DNA of 27,537 nt from a virus (Duplodnaviria > Caudoviricetes), in IMG/VR virus record IMGVR_UViG_3300030708_003550, positions 1 to 27,537 of that record; one strand, given 5' to 3'. Made by a program: the position numbers and the translations under genes. The notes beneath the pieces were generated by a model. The model saw only the letters and a program-made list of their open reading frames with translations. It was not told the DNA's origin and did no database searches. Below, in pieces: positions 1-8,900 of this stretch. Each line of letters begins with the position of its first letter. The stretch's first letter is position 1.

Positions 1-591
1 CCGAGTTTGGTCTCCATCAACTGACAAGATTGCCTTTTTCAACCTTGTTGTGATTTCACTCGTCACTCCACTTTCTTTCTGAAACTTTTTTAATGCCTTT
101 AACTCCTCATCGACTTCTTTTTCATCTTTGTGGGTTAAAAGTTTGAAAGTAATTTTGACTTTTGAAGCTGGTAGTTCGAAATCGAATTCGTTCTTACCAC
201 CTTTGAATAACTTTTCATCGATTTTCTTATCTTCGATTTTAGTCAAGTCAAATGTTTCACTTTGTTTCTCACCACTATCAGGATCGACTAATTCTACTGA
301 ATAATCTTTTCCATATCCTAATATTCTTGTGGCAATCATGATAGCGTTTTTGTCACCCAATAGTAAATCATCGAGTTTCACACCATCTTGTACGATAACA
401 CTTTCCATCAACTTATCCAAAACAATACCTTTCTGAATAAGTGTTCTTGAGGTCAATATGTCCTCTTCTTTAGCTGTCATGTATTTGATTTCGATTTGAC
501 CGCTCGCTAATGGATGGTCTTTCGGATACAACAAGCCTTTCGAAGGCAAATCAACGACCTCTGATGGAAACTTGCGTTTCTCTTCAGCCAT
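1..591 (-). CDS. gp26: Baseplate hub assembly protein, T4 gp26-like (runs off the left edge of the window)
   Basis: Not in the ORF track. Translated by hand from ATG at 591: MAEEKRKFPSEVVDLPSKGLLYPKDHPLASGQIEIKYMTAKEEDILTS...LLLGDKNAIMIATRILGYG. The LPSKG..Y and MTAKEEDIL motifs are typical of gp26-like proteins. AGGAG SD upstream; follows the tail tube gene. Confidence 0.8.
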   Translation of the reverse strand, partial: MAEEKRKFPSEVVDLPSKGLLYPKDHPLASGQIEIKYMTAKEEDILTSRTLIQKGIVLDKLMESVIVQDGVKLDDLLLGDKNAIMIATRILGYGKDYSVELVDPDSGEKQSETFDLTKIEDKKIDEKLFKGGKNEFDFELPASKVKITFKLLTHKDEKEVDEELKALKKFQKESGVTSEITTRLKKAILSVDGDQTR

Positions 592-677
592 TATTTTCTC
601 CTATTAAACTGATTAGTTTATGTGTGATTAAAACCTCACTTTTTATTACAACTTAAGTTGCCAGACTTAGTAGTAAA

Positions 678-830
678 TTATTTTTTCGGTGATAATTTGT
701 CCTTGATTGGTTTTAGTAACATATCAAAAAGTATATCATCGTATTTTGTTGGAGTCATCTTGACAATCTTTTCTACAGCGTAGAACACTACCAATACATA
801 CTCCCAATTTTGTATTACCCATTCACTCAT
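678..830 (-). CDS. Small 50-aa protein with an N-terminal hydrophobic segment (possible holin-like or membrane protein)
   Basis: Hand translation: MSEWVIQNWEYVLVVFYAVEKIVKMTPTKYDDILFDMLLKPIKDKLSPKK*. Strong SD (TAGGAG) before the ATG; fills the gap between tail tube and gp26-like genes. Function is inferred. Confidence 0.75.
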   Translation of the reverse strand: MSEWVIQNWEYVLVVFYAVEKIVKMTPTKYDDILFDMLLKPIKDKLSPKK

Positions 831-851
831 TTCTCTCTCCTATGTTTAAGA

Positions 852-1343
852 TTAGAATTGTAAGATTGCGTAATCGTAACGAAGTGTTAAAGTAATATCA
901 ACAGGATCCGTTGCGTTTGCCCAATCTAAATCACCAAAGGTGGCGTTTGCGATATAGGTTCCCTTGAGAGTCCATTCTTCAACTTTGTCTCCAACGGGTC
1001 CTAAAACATTAAAGGTTACATCTTTTTTATAAAAGTCGGAATAACCATCACGACCAGTTACGGACTCATGGGATAATCTTACCCATTCCATAACGGCTTG
1101 AGCTCCACTTGGAACCACAGGATCGTAAAGTGTTATTTCTAATTCTTCCCAAGCTCCCTTACCTTTTATATATCTCTTCACATTGATGTGGTCGAGTTCG
1201 ATGGTCTCGAAAGCTATGGTTGGTCTGTTCGCTGTTTTAATCAAATAAGAAGGGATACCCTCAATGTACATGATGTATCTGTTCTTCGTCTTTGGTTCAA
1301 ACGGAGTGAACATTATTTCTGACGGATCTAATAAGTCTGGCAT
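852..1343 (-). CDS. gp19: Tail tube protein (T4 gp19-like)
   Basis: 163 aa with FEPKxxNRY...WxxLxxTLYDP...EWxLKGxY...LTLRYD pattern; directly downstream of the sheath gene; GGAG SD. Confidence 0.9.
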   Translation of the reverse strand: MPDLLDPSEIMFTPFEPKTKNRYIMYIEGIPSYLIKTANRPTIAFETIELDHINVKRYIKGKGAWEELEITLYDPVVPSGAQAVMEWVRLSHESVTGRDGYSDFYKKDVTFNVLGPVGDKVEEWTLKGTYIANATFGDLDWANATDPVDITLTLRYDYAILQF

Positions 1344-1379
1344 TTCATTTCTCCAATATTTAAGAATGTCTATTCTTAT

Positions 1380-1387
1380 ATAAATAT
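1380..1387 (-). promoter_or_regulatory. Putative late promoter ATATTTAT for the tail tube gene
   Basis: Recurring intergenic motif, 36 nt upstream of the ATG at 1343. Confidence 0.6.
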
Positions 1388-1395
1388 CACAATTT

Positions 1396-1420
1396 AAAAA
1401 AAACCATATAATTGGTTTTT
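1396..1420 (-). terminator. Weak hairpin followed by a U-tract
   Basis: Minus strand reads AAAAACCA-ATTATA-TGGTTTTTTTT. Confidence 0.35.
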
Positions 1421-1456
1421 AGAAGTTTTTTAGAAGTTTTTCATTTCTTCTCCATA

Positions 1457-1464
1457 ATAAATAT
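1457..1464 (-). promoter_or_regulatory. Putative late promoter ATATTTAT upstream of the MKNF mini-ORF
   Basis: Motif followed by GGAG and ATG AAA AAC TTC TAA (1444-1430). Confidence 0.5.
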
Positions 1465-1475
1465 TTTTAGGCAAT

Positions 1476-1502
1476 AAAAAACCCCACAAAAAGTGGGGTT
1501 TT
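1476..1502 (-). terminator. Rho-independent terminator after the sheath gene
   Basis: Minus strand reads AAAACCCCAC-TTTTT-GTGGGGTTTTTT, about 20 nt after the sheath stop codon. Confidence 0.85.
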
Positions 1503-1520
1503 CTATATAGTTTTTCCCTA

Positions 1521-3917
1521 TTAACTTGGGAAAGCTGCTCCAGTCGGTAAGACAACGAAGTCCAACACAATGAATTCAGCAGTTCTTGTAGGTTGGATAA
1601 ATATCTGACCTACTAGCTGATTTCTATCGATTACATCAGGAGTGTTATTGGAATCATCCATAACAACTCTAAATGCGGATAGACCACTATTAGCTTGAAC
1701 TGATTCTAAGAAAGGATTCACAATGTTTAGGAATCTGTTTCTTGTTGCAGATGTGTTTTGTTCGAATACTAAGAATCTTGAAGATGATGCGATGAACTTC
1801 TTCAATCTAATTAATAGTCTTCTTACATTGACTCGGTCAAGTGCTGATGGACGACCTTGTAAGGTTTTTTGTCCCCATACACATACACCTTGTCCAGGAA
1901 ATGAAGCGATTGGATTGATTCTTGCTTCATACAGAGTATCTCTTTCTGCGTGTGTTAAACGAGTCTGAGCTTCTGTTACAGTTGTCAATCCACCACGATT
2001 CAATCCAGCAGGTGCGAACCATTCATGAGCTACCCTATCGGTAAATGCGATAGTTCCAGCTAACACTACTGATGGTGGAACCCAAACAGGTAGGTTAGTG
2101 TTTCTATCCCTTATCTTTACCCAAGGATAATAAGTTGCTGCGTAATTACTATCAAGTGCTTCGATTGCTGCAGTAGCGTCTGAAATACTTGCTCCATACT
2201 TAACACAATCCAAGATAACAAAAGTATCACCTCTGTCTTCAGCTTTGCTGATAGCGTGATTTGTTATACTTGAGTGTAGGTTATGAATTACACCAGGTAC
2301 CACCAACATATTGATATCAAATTCATCAGGATTACTGATTGCGTTAATACCTTTCTTATATGCTGTGTATCCAGTAGCTGAAGTTGAAGATATGTCAAAT
2401 CCTTGTGTGTTTGTAGCGACAATGTCAGCTCCACTCAACTTAGGATTTGCTGGATTATCTCCATCGTAACCACCTTGAAATGGTACTACGAATCTTCTTT
2501 GGTCAATGTGAGATAAATCCAAAGTAACTTTCTCAGATGCGTTAGAGAATGTTTCTGAGGATGGTTTAATCTCAGCAGTACCATTAAAGTCTTCAAGACT
2601 CATTGTGGTGTGGTTACCAGCTCCTGCGGAGTTTGGTAATGGTGATAAGTATTGAGATGCGTCAGCGTTAGCGTAATCATGACCATATAATACATTCACA
2701 TCAGGTGCTCCATTGGAGTTCAACTGAGAATCTTTGAAAGGCCATGCTGGAATGGTTGTACCACCAGCTGATGGATTAGTAATTGCTGCGTGTCCCATTG
2801 GAACCAATACTTTTGGTATAGCTCCGTTAGCAATTTCAGTAAAGTCACTTACATAAATGTGTTTGGAACGATTATCCCAATCACCATTGTAAGTTAATTT
2901 ACCATCTGAATCTATATCCACATATCTATCACCAATTCTTCTTGCGAAGTAATTTGTACTTTCAGGATTGAAGTTCAGATTGTCAAATTGTTCCAATACA
3001 TTGTCGGTTGTTAAACCTTTGTCATTCAAACCAGTCTGTCTAACTTGAAGTGAGAATGAACCATAATCACTACCAGCTATTGTACCAGCTTTCTTGACTG
3101 CGACGATAACAACTTTCAACTTGTCATTTACATCACTACCATGTGAACGAGTATTAACCTTGAAAAGATTATATCTTGAACCATTAATCATCTGTGATTG
3201 TATGGATGGTGTTGAAGCGTTGTTATATGTTGAGTTTTGGAAATCAACTTGGTTATATGAACCACTAGCTAATGAAGCAGTAGAGGCTGCACCTTTACTA
3301 CCAAAGTTACTAGCGTTATGTTTAAATGATTTGTACAAATAAACAGGTACGGTATTCAAACCTGACTTTTGAACTTGTGGGTCTTTAGAGAACACATTTT
3401 CAAAAAAGTCTGCACTTGAGGTGTTGAATGATACGGTGTAAGAACGATTAGTTACTGATTTAGCTCCAAAGTTACTACCACTTACTGCTAAAGTAAATGA
3501 TGACCAACTTCCTCCTGAACCTTGAGTAACTGTACATCCATCTAATCTTACTGTACCATCAGAACCACCACGAGAGGGTGCCAATACAAAACCAGTTGTA
3601 TTTGAGGCTCCACTACCACTAATGTTTACTTGAACAAAGTCGGCGGAATATCCACCTGTGTTGAGAACACGAACAATCGTTACTTGTCCAGCACTTCTCA
3701 AATATTGTTCTACGGCGTACGGAGTGTAAATTTCTTTCTTCGTTGAACCAAACATCTCTTCGAACTCAGAGAAACTCGAAACCATAGTAGGAACAAACGC
3801 AGGGCCTTTGACTGTAGGTCCTACGATAGCTGCTCCGATTTCTGCTATCCCTTGAGGTAGAAAAGAAAGGTCTCGTTCACGAGTAAATACACCCGGACTT
3901 ACGATTCTTTCTGCCAT
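1521..3917 (-). CDS. gp18: Contractile tail sheath protein (T4 gp18-like)
   Basis: Starts with VSPGVFTRERDLS. C-terminal YYPW...WFAPAGLNRG...INPI...WGQKTL...RVNVRRL...FEQN...IQPTRTAEFI are classic sheath motifs. Confidence 0.97.
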   Translation of the reverse strand: MAERIVSPGVFTRERDLSFLPQGIAEIGAAIVGPTVKGPAFVPTMVSSFSEFEEMFGSTKKEIYTPYAVEQYLRSAGQVTIVRVLNTGGYSADFVQVNISGSGASNTTGFVLAPSRGGSDGTVRLDGCTVTQGSGGSWSSFTLAVSGSNFGAKSVTNRSYTVSFNTSSADFFENVFSKDPQVQKSGLNTVPVYLYKSFKHNASNFGSKGAASTASLASGSYNQVDFQNSTYNNASTPSIQSQMINGSRYNLFKVNTRSHGSDVNDKLKVVIVAVKKAGTIAGSDYGSFSLQVRQTGLNDKGLTTDNVLEQFDNLNFNPESTNYFARRIGDRYVDIDSDGKLTYNGDWDNRSKHIYVSDFTEIANGAIPKVLVPMGHAAITNPSAGGTTIPAWPFKDSQLNSNGAPDVNVLYGHDYANADASQYLSPLPNSAGAGNHTTMSLEDFNGTAEIKPSSETFSNASEKVTLDLSHIDQRRFVVPFQGGYDGDNPANPKLSGADIVATNTQGFDISSTSATGYTAYKKGINAISNPDEFDINMLVVPGVIHNLHSSITNHAISKAEDRGDTFVILDCVKYGASISDATAAIEALDSNYAATYYPWVKIRDRNTNLPVWVPPSVVLAGTIAFTDRVAHEWFAPAGLNRGGLTTVTEAQTRLTHAERDTLYEARINPIASFPGQGVCVWGQKTLQGRPSALDRVNVRRLLIRLKKFIASSSRFLVFEQNTSATRNRFLNIVNPFLESVQANSGLSAFRVVMDDSNNTPDVIDRNQLVGQIFIQPTRTAEFIVLDFVVLPTGAAFPS

Positions 3918-3997
3918 TAATTATCTCCCAATTTGATTATTATTTCATGAAATAAAACATCATTGTTTTGGCCTAACGAAGACCAAAATGTTTAAAT

Positions 3998-4005
3998 ATA
4001 AATAT
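3998..4005 (-). promoter_or_regulatory. Putative late promoter ATATTTAT for the sheath gene, followed by a 5' leader hairpin (about 3966-3988)
   Basis: Recurring motif; leader stem TTTTGGTC...GGCCAAAA on the minus strand. Confidence 0.6.
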
Positions 4006-4010
4006 AGCAC

Positions 4011-4042
4011 AAAAATCCCAAACGATTGATATCGTGGGATTT
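4011..4042 (-). terminator. Hairpin with U-tract, probable terminator
   Basis: AAATCCCA-CGAT...ATCG-TT-TGGGATTTTT directly after the stop codon at 4048. Confidence 0.6.
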
Positions 4043-4047
4043 AATTA

Positions 4048-4386
4048 CTATTGTTGAGGTGTTTCTTGAGCCGTTGGGGTAAATACACCTGTATTTGGGT
4101 CTAATTGACCTGGCCCATACTTTTCATTCAATTCGGCTACCAACTTTTGTTCAGATTTTTGTAATTCTGAATACTCGGTCTCCAAACGAATTTCAGTTTC
4201 ATCAAGAGCTTCAATCTGTTGAGACAATAATATTCTCTGAACCTTAAGTTGACCGAATTGTTGTTGTTTGGTTTGATAACCTTGATTTAAATCATTCAAA
4301 GATTTAATCTCATCTTCAGTAAACTTAATTTCAGAAGATTTTTCTTCAACTTTTGTAGCAAGTTTTGATTCTTCTGTAACTGCCAT
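4048..4386 (-). CDS. Small coiled-coil phage protein (possible fibre or tail assembly chaperone)
   Basis: 112 aa, heptad-like, ending in KYGPGQLDPNTGVFTP; has its own SD (TAGGAG) and promoter motif. Confidence 0.6.
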   Translation of the reverse strand: MAVTEESKLATKVEEKSSEIKFTEDEIKSLNDLNQGYQTKQQQFGQLKVQRILLSQQIEALDETEIRLETEYSELQKSEQKLVAELNEKYGPGQLDPNTGVFTPTAQETPQQ

Positions 4387-4415
4387 AACTTTATCTCCTA
4401 TATTATGAGTTTAGA

Positions 4416-4423
4416 ATAAATAT
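4416..4423 (-). promoter_or_regulatory. Putative late promoter ATATTTAT
   Basis: Recurring motif, 29 nt upstream of the ATG at 4386. Confidence 0.6.
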
Positions 4424-4427
4424 AACC

Positions 4428-5759
4428 TTATTTGTTCAAACAATCACATTTTTGCTTGATTTCGTCTATTTCCTGTTTTAATTCTTTTACACTTTGTATC
4501 AATAGTGGTACTAATCGTTTATAATCAACACCTAAATAACCATTTTTTCTCTCTTCTACGATTTCAGGATGTATTTTCTGAACCTCTTGAGCTACAACTC
4601 CTACATCATGACCTCTTTGTCGTGCCCAACCGGGTGATTTATCATTCCAATCGAATTCATAACCATTTATTCCATCAATCTTATCTAAAGCACCTTCAAT
4701 AACTTGTAAATTGTTCTTGAGTCTCATATCAGATGAATTATATGCTACAACATCACCATCCGCCAATATATCACCACTTGAGGATACGGATGAACCACTT
4801 ATATTACCAATTACTTTAATACCAGTATTCGTGGTTTGAAATTTTGTACTATTGTTAAAACTTAAATCAACTGAGTTCGCCGCGTTAAATGTAGCCATGG
4901 TTTTGGAACCAGCTGCGTTTTGAAATGTTTGGGTTCCACCTCTGTAGAATAACCCACCAGTACCGGCGTCTTTTATAAAACTATTATTACCATCATGGTG
5001 GATTTGTAAATCATTTCCGTCACCGATATTCAGAACAGCATCATCAGGTAATTGTATACCACTATTTGCAGTAATTTCATTTGCAAAAGTCCATGTTTCA
5101 TCATCTAATGCATTTTTTAGATTTGTCATGGAGGTTACACCAGTACCACCATTTGCTACAGGTAATGTTCCTGTAACATCTGAGGTTAAGTCTGCTTGGT
5201 CTTCAAAAGCTAATGCACCTAATTCTCTTGTTCCAACATGATTACTTCCATTTATCATCAGAGCAGTTAGTTCTGAATTTTGTGCACTTAATCCACTCAA
5301 TGTTAAAGTACCATTAGTAGTGAATCCACCAGCAGTTATTGTACCAGTTGTGCTATCATTTGCATTATTCACCAAGAACGCATCATCTACATTTAGTGTA
5401 TCACCAACTAATGTAATGTTTGTACCTGCAACTAAATTTGTATCATCTGAAATGTCAATGGTGTTTCTTGTAATGACTTGATTACTTATTGTGATATAAT
5501 CAGGTGTTCCTGATAATGTAACATCACCAGTGTTCGTACCACTTGTGTTTTGTATATTGTCGGCAACGGTTTTATCTATTTCAGTTCCACCGATGGTAAT
5601 GGTGGAAGCGTCAACATCAACTCGACTTGCAGATATTACTGTTGCTTCAATTCTTCCGAATGAACCAGTTCCTGCTGAGTTGTTTATATTACCACTCGAT
5701 GTTATGTCATTCAGTATCGCGTTACTACCCGATACTACTACTTTTTTCCAACTTGGCAT
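4428..5759 (-). CDS. Tail fibre or spike protein with a C-terminal intramolecular chaperone (peptidase S74)
   Basis: C-terminus SDMRLKNN...ALDKI...WN...GVVAQEVQ..PE.V....YLGVDY..LVPLLIQSVKEL matches the S74/ICA motif; body is rich in G, T and N. Confidence 0.88.
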   Translation of the reverse strand: MPSWKKVVVSGSNAILNDITSSGNINNSAGTGSFGRIEATVISASRVDVDASTITIGGTEIDKTVADNIQNTSGTNTGDVTLSGTPDYITISNQVITRNTIDISDDTNLVAGTNITLVGDTLNVDDAFLVNNANDSTTGTITAGGFTTNGTLTLSGLSAQNSELTALMINGSNHVGTRELGALAFEDQADLTSDVTGTLPVANGGTGVTSMTNLKNALDDETWTFANEITANSGIQLPDDAVLNIGDGNDLQIHHDGNNSFIKDAGTGGLFYRGGTQTFQNAAGSKTMATFNAANSVDLSFNNSTKFQTTNTGIKVIGNISGSSVSSSGDILADGDVVAYNSSDMRLKNNLQVIEGALDKIDGINGYEFDWNDKSPGWARQRGHDVGVVAQEVQKIHPEIVEERKNGYLGVDYKRLVPLLIQSVKELKQEIDEIKQKCDCLNK

Positions 5760-5769
5760 CTAATTTATC

Positions 5770-5833
5770 TCCTTATGGTTGGTTACTCTTTCAAGCCCAC
5801 TTCCTAATGTTTGCCTCACATCAGGCCAATAAG
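5770..5833 (-). ncRNA. Candidate structured cis-regulatory RNA (three-way junction overlapping the SD)
   Basis: Folded by hand: P1 CUUA-U-UGG/CCAUAAG, P2 CCUGAUGU/ACAUUAGG, P3 GG-GCUU-GAAA-GAGU-AA-CC. This intergenic stretch is GC-richer than the other spacers. Confidence 0.45.
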
Positions 5834-6127
5834 TTATTTTTCTTCAATCCAAATCTCATCACCATCCTGCTTAATATTTTGCTTAGGTTTGGGTTTGGAT
5901 TTTTCATCTTTCCAATCTTTCATAGCTTGTTTTATCTGAAATTCAGACCTACCTGCCATTTGGTATTGGTTCCTTAATTTACCAATCACATGATTGGCTA
6001 AACCCACATACTTACCAGGTACCATAGAGTTCTCAATTATATTCAACAAGAACTCTATGTCCTGTTTAGTAAGTTTATGTGTTTCTTCTTCAACTATAGT
6101 TGTTTTACCTTTAGTTGTAAAAGCCAT
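5834..6127 (-). CDS. Hypothetical protein between fibre genes (possible fibre chaperone)
   Basis: 97 aa, GAGG SD, helical core LTKQDIEFLLNIIENSMVPGK. Confidence 0.65.
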   Translation of the reverse strand: MAFTTKGKTTIVEEETHKLTKQDIEFLLNIIENSMVPGKYVGLANHVIGKLRNQYQMAGRSEFQIKQAMKDWKDEKSKPKPKQNIKQDGDEIWIEEK

Positions 6128-6145
6128 TTTGTAACCTCTTATTTA

Positions 6146-7960
6146 TTATGAATAAATCCAAATGGTTCCGTCATTGTTAATCGCCATCTCACCAACTCCA
6201 TACTCTTTGTCACCTTCGATTGCTGCGTCATTATCACCGAGTAGTTTTACAGTTACAACATGCTCTAACGCTGTCACTGCTGTAGCTTTTTGGTCGACAG
6301 TTTTAGCAACTGACCATCTATTATCAGTAGTATCGTGATAGAGTGCTGAACCAGTTCCTTCGTTTGAACCTTCTTGAACAATCAAACCACCATCAACATT
6401 TGAACCTGCTGAACCACTTCCTGCGAATATAAATGCATCTTCTACTAACAAATTTGTACTCGAAATAGTAGTAGTTGAACCATTTACCGTTAAGTTTCCA
6501 GCTACGGTTACACCAGTTGAATCGATTTTCATGGCTTCGGTTGAACCTTGGTCGAATACGATTTCATCATCTGTGGTGAAGTTAATCGTTGTATCGTTAG
6601 CGGCTCTACCGATGATTAATGATGTGTTATAGATTGTTTCAATTGTAGTTTGTGCTGATGCGACATCTAAATTACTACCAGCGTAAGTCAATCCTGTACC
6701 AGCAGTATTTGAGTTCAACATAGAACCCTCGACTGCATTGGCTTGAATTGTTACCGCACCATTTGATGCTAATGCTACATCACCACTAACTGCTACAGAA
6801 GCAAGGTCGTTTCCATCACCAACAAGTATTCTTCCATCTGTTGAAGCATCTAATGCTGATGGGTCTCCACTTGAATCACCAATAATAATGTTTCCTCTAG
6901 CTAGACCAGCCATCTTGGCTAATGAAACTGCATTATCTGCAATTGTTAGTGCTCCAGCTGCTGCGATTGTTGCGTCTCCACTTACATTTCCAAAGATTTG
7001 GTCTTCAAAATTACTAAAGGTAATCTTCTTTTCTTCATTGGAAGCATCTGCGTCAGCCACTACTAATAAATCTGATTGAGCTACTGCTGTCAATGTATTG
7101 GATAATTCATCAATTTGGAATCCAACACCAGTCAGATTTGAACCATCACCAACAAATGAACCAGTAAATGAACCAGTCATACCACTTGATGCTGATACTG
7201 CTCCTGCTAATGTAAGGTCACCAGTTATATCAACTCCTGTTGCGGTTACACTTAGTTTTTCGTTATTATTAATGTGTACATTAACTTCATTTGCAGTATC
7301 GAATTTAATATACTCTTGGTCTGCTGCTGTACCAATCTTTCCTAATGATGAGTTTATTACGGATGTGATATTGGTTTGAGCTGCTGCGATACTTAATTGT
7401 CCACTACCTGCATCAATACCAGTTCCGTTGATTCCATCTACAAAATCTGCTATAGATTCTTTCTTAGAACTATTATCATCTGCATCTATAATTGCTATAG
7501 AATCTGCTGCTACATTAACAGTTGCGGCTGATAATTCATTTAAGTCCACTGCTAACGCACTACCAGCACCACCACTCAGTCCATTCCCTGCGGCTGCGGC
7601 GGCGATTCTGATTGTGTTTGAATTTGCTTCTAATCCAGTACCAGCTAAAGGTGCTGCTAAATCACCAATGTTTGCTCTACCATCAGTTCCACCATCACTT
7701 ACAATAAATAAATCACTTGCTTCAAGTGTGGCAGATGTCAAATCACTTCCAAATGCGTCAATATCAAGTGAGGTAGCTGTAATACCTGTCAAATTAGTAC
7801 CATCACCCACAAATGACCCAGTGAAAGAACCCGTGATTCTTGAACCTGCGATACTGGAGTTATTAATTATAGTACCCGCAGTTCCCTCTGCTGTTCCCAC
7901 ATTTAGTGAGGAAACATCAGCGGCTGAACCAGAGACGAGTACCTTTCTCCATTGTGCCAT
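6146..7960 (-). CDS. Tail fibre-like structural protein
   Basis: 604 aa, G/A/S/D-rich; two copies of TGSFTGSFVGDGxNLTG; GNLTVNGSTTTISSTNLLVED fibre motif; N-terminus similar to that of 4428..5759. Confidence 0.75.
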   Translation of the reverse strand: MAQWRKVLVSGSAADVSSLNVGTAEGTAGTIINNSSIAGSRITGSFTGSFVGDGTNLTGITATSLDIDAFGSDLTSATLEASDLFIVSDGGTDGRANIGDLAAPLAGTGLEANSNTIRIAAAAAGNGLSGGAGSALAVDLNELSAATVNVAADSIAIIDADDNSSKKESIADFVDGINGTGIDAGSGQLSIAAAQTNITSVINSSLGKIGTAADQEYIKFDTANEVNVHINNNEKLSVTATGVDITGDLTLAGAVSASSGMTGSFTGSFVGDGSNLTGVGFQIDELSNTLTAVAQSDLLVVADADASNEEKKITFSNFEDQIFGNVSGDATIAAAGALTIADNAVSLAKMAGLARGNIIIGDSSGDPSALDASTDGRILVGDGNDLASVAVSGDVALASNGAVTIQANAVEGSMLNSNTAGTGLTYAGSNLDVASAQTTIETIYNTSLIIGRAANDTTINFTTDDEIVFDQGSTEAMKIDSTGVTVAGNLTVNGSTTTISSTNLLVEDAFIFAGSGSAGSNVDGGLIVQEGSNEGTGSALYHDTTDNRWSVAKTVDQKATAVTALEHVVTVKLLGDNDAAIEGDKEYGVGEMAINNDGTIWIYS

Positions 7961-8000
7961 TTTTTTCTCCTAATTAACCCCTAAAGGGTTTTTGTTATGA

Positions 8001-8008
8001 ATAAATAT
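8001..8008 (-). promoter_or_regulatory. Putative late promoter (TG)ATATTTAT overlapping the TGA stop of the upstream gene
   Basis: Recurring motif, followed by a small hairpin (7976-7990) and a TAGGAG SD. Confidence 0.6.
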
Positions 8009-8868
8009 CATGAAGGGTCATTTTCGAACCCTAAATACCATGCATCTGAACCACTATATATGAGTCCACCTGCAATTGGTGTTGGTCGAGCTCCATCGAC
8101 TGCCCCAAACACGAAAACTTTATCTTGTGTTGCTTTAAACACTAAATTATTACTATTGTCTACAAAATTAAATAAATCTCCACTTCCTTTTGTGGCTTTA
8201 AACTCCCAACTCGAACCAGTTAACTCATTTACACCACTTGCTTCCTTCCATGTTGATGAACCATACTTAAATGCTGTACTATCCAACAACAAACTACCAG
8301 TAAACTGATGGGTATCATCACTTGAATCACCAAATTGTGTCGAACCACTTAATTGTTGGGTGGTGATTTCCGTAACGGATGAGGAAACTATATATTGATT
8401 TGCTTGAATTGTTGTTGCTTCAACCCTACCAAATGAACCTGTAACGGTAGTTGAATCTTGTGCTTCCGTAGATGAGAATGTACTACTGATGTTCTGAACG
8501 AGAGTTGCGTTGATTGGTTGACCACCGACTGCTATCGTTCCACTATCCACATCAACTCTACTTGCAGTTATGGCTGTAGCTTCTATTCTACCGAATGAAC
8601 CAGTTGTCGTTACGGTTACGGAGCCTGTAATTTGTAAATTGTTGGTTGTGGATTCTACCGAACCTGTGGTCTGAAATATACCACTTGTGATACCTGTTAG
8701 TTGAGAACCATCACCTCGATAAGTTCCAAATGAAGCTGTGGATGCTCCTGAACCACTTACATACGAAGAAACATTGACCCTACCGAATGAACCTGAGGCC
8801 CAATTCTTTGAATCGGTTCCAATACCACCTTCGTTATTGGCTCTTGGGACTATGTTCTTTGTTGCCAT
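8008..8868 (-). CDS. Fibre-like virion structural protein
   Basis: 286 aa; repeated GSFGR units; SGSTQFGD..DTHQFTGS module shared with two other genes in the window. Confidence 0.7.
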   Translation of the reverse strand: MATKNIVPRANNEGGIGTDSKNWASGSFGRVNVSSYVSGSGASTASFGTYRGDGSQLTGITSGIFQTTGSVESTTNNLQITGSVTVTTTGSFGRIEATAITASRVDVDSGTIAVGGQPINATLVQNISSTFSSTEAQDSTTVTGSFGRVEATTIQANQYIVSSSVTEITTQQLSGSTQFGDSSDDTHQFTGSLLLDSTAFKYGSSTWKEASGVNELTGSSWEFKATKGSGDLFNFVDNSNNLVFKATQDKVFVFGAVDGARPTPIAGGLIYSGSDAWYLGFENDPS

Positions 8869-8885
8869 TAAAATCTCCTATTGTT

Positions 8886-8893
8886 ATAAATAT
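8886..8893 (-). promoter_or_regulatory. Putative late promoter ATATTTAT
   Basis: Recurring motif just upstream of the TAGGAG SD of 8008..8868. Confidence 0.6.
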
Positions 8894-8900
8894 TTTATTT

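Noticed and set aside
5770-5833. Hammerhead or twister ribozyme
   Set aside because: CUGAUG and GAAA are present, but the CUGANGA core is broken and lies inside a stem, and twister consensus elements are incomplete.
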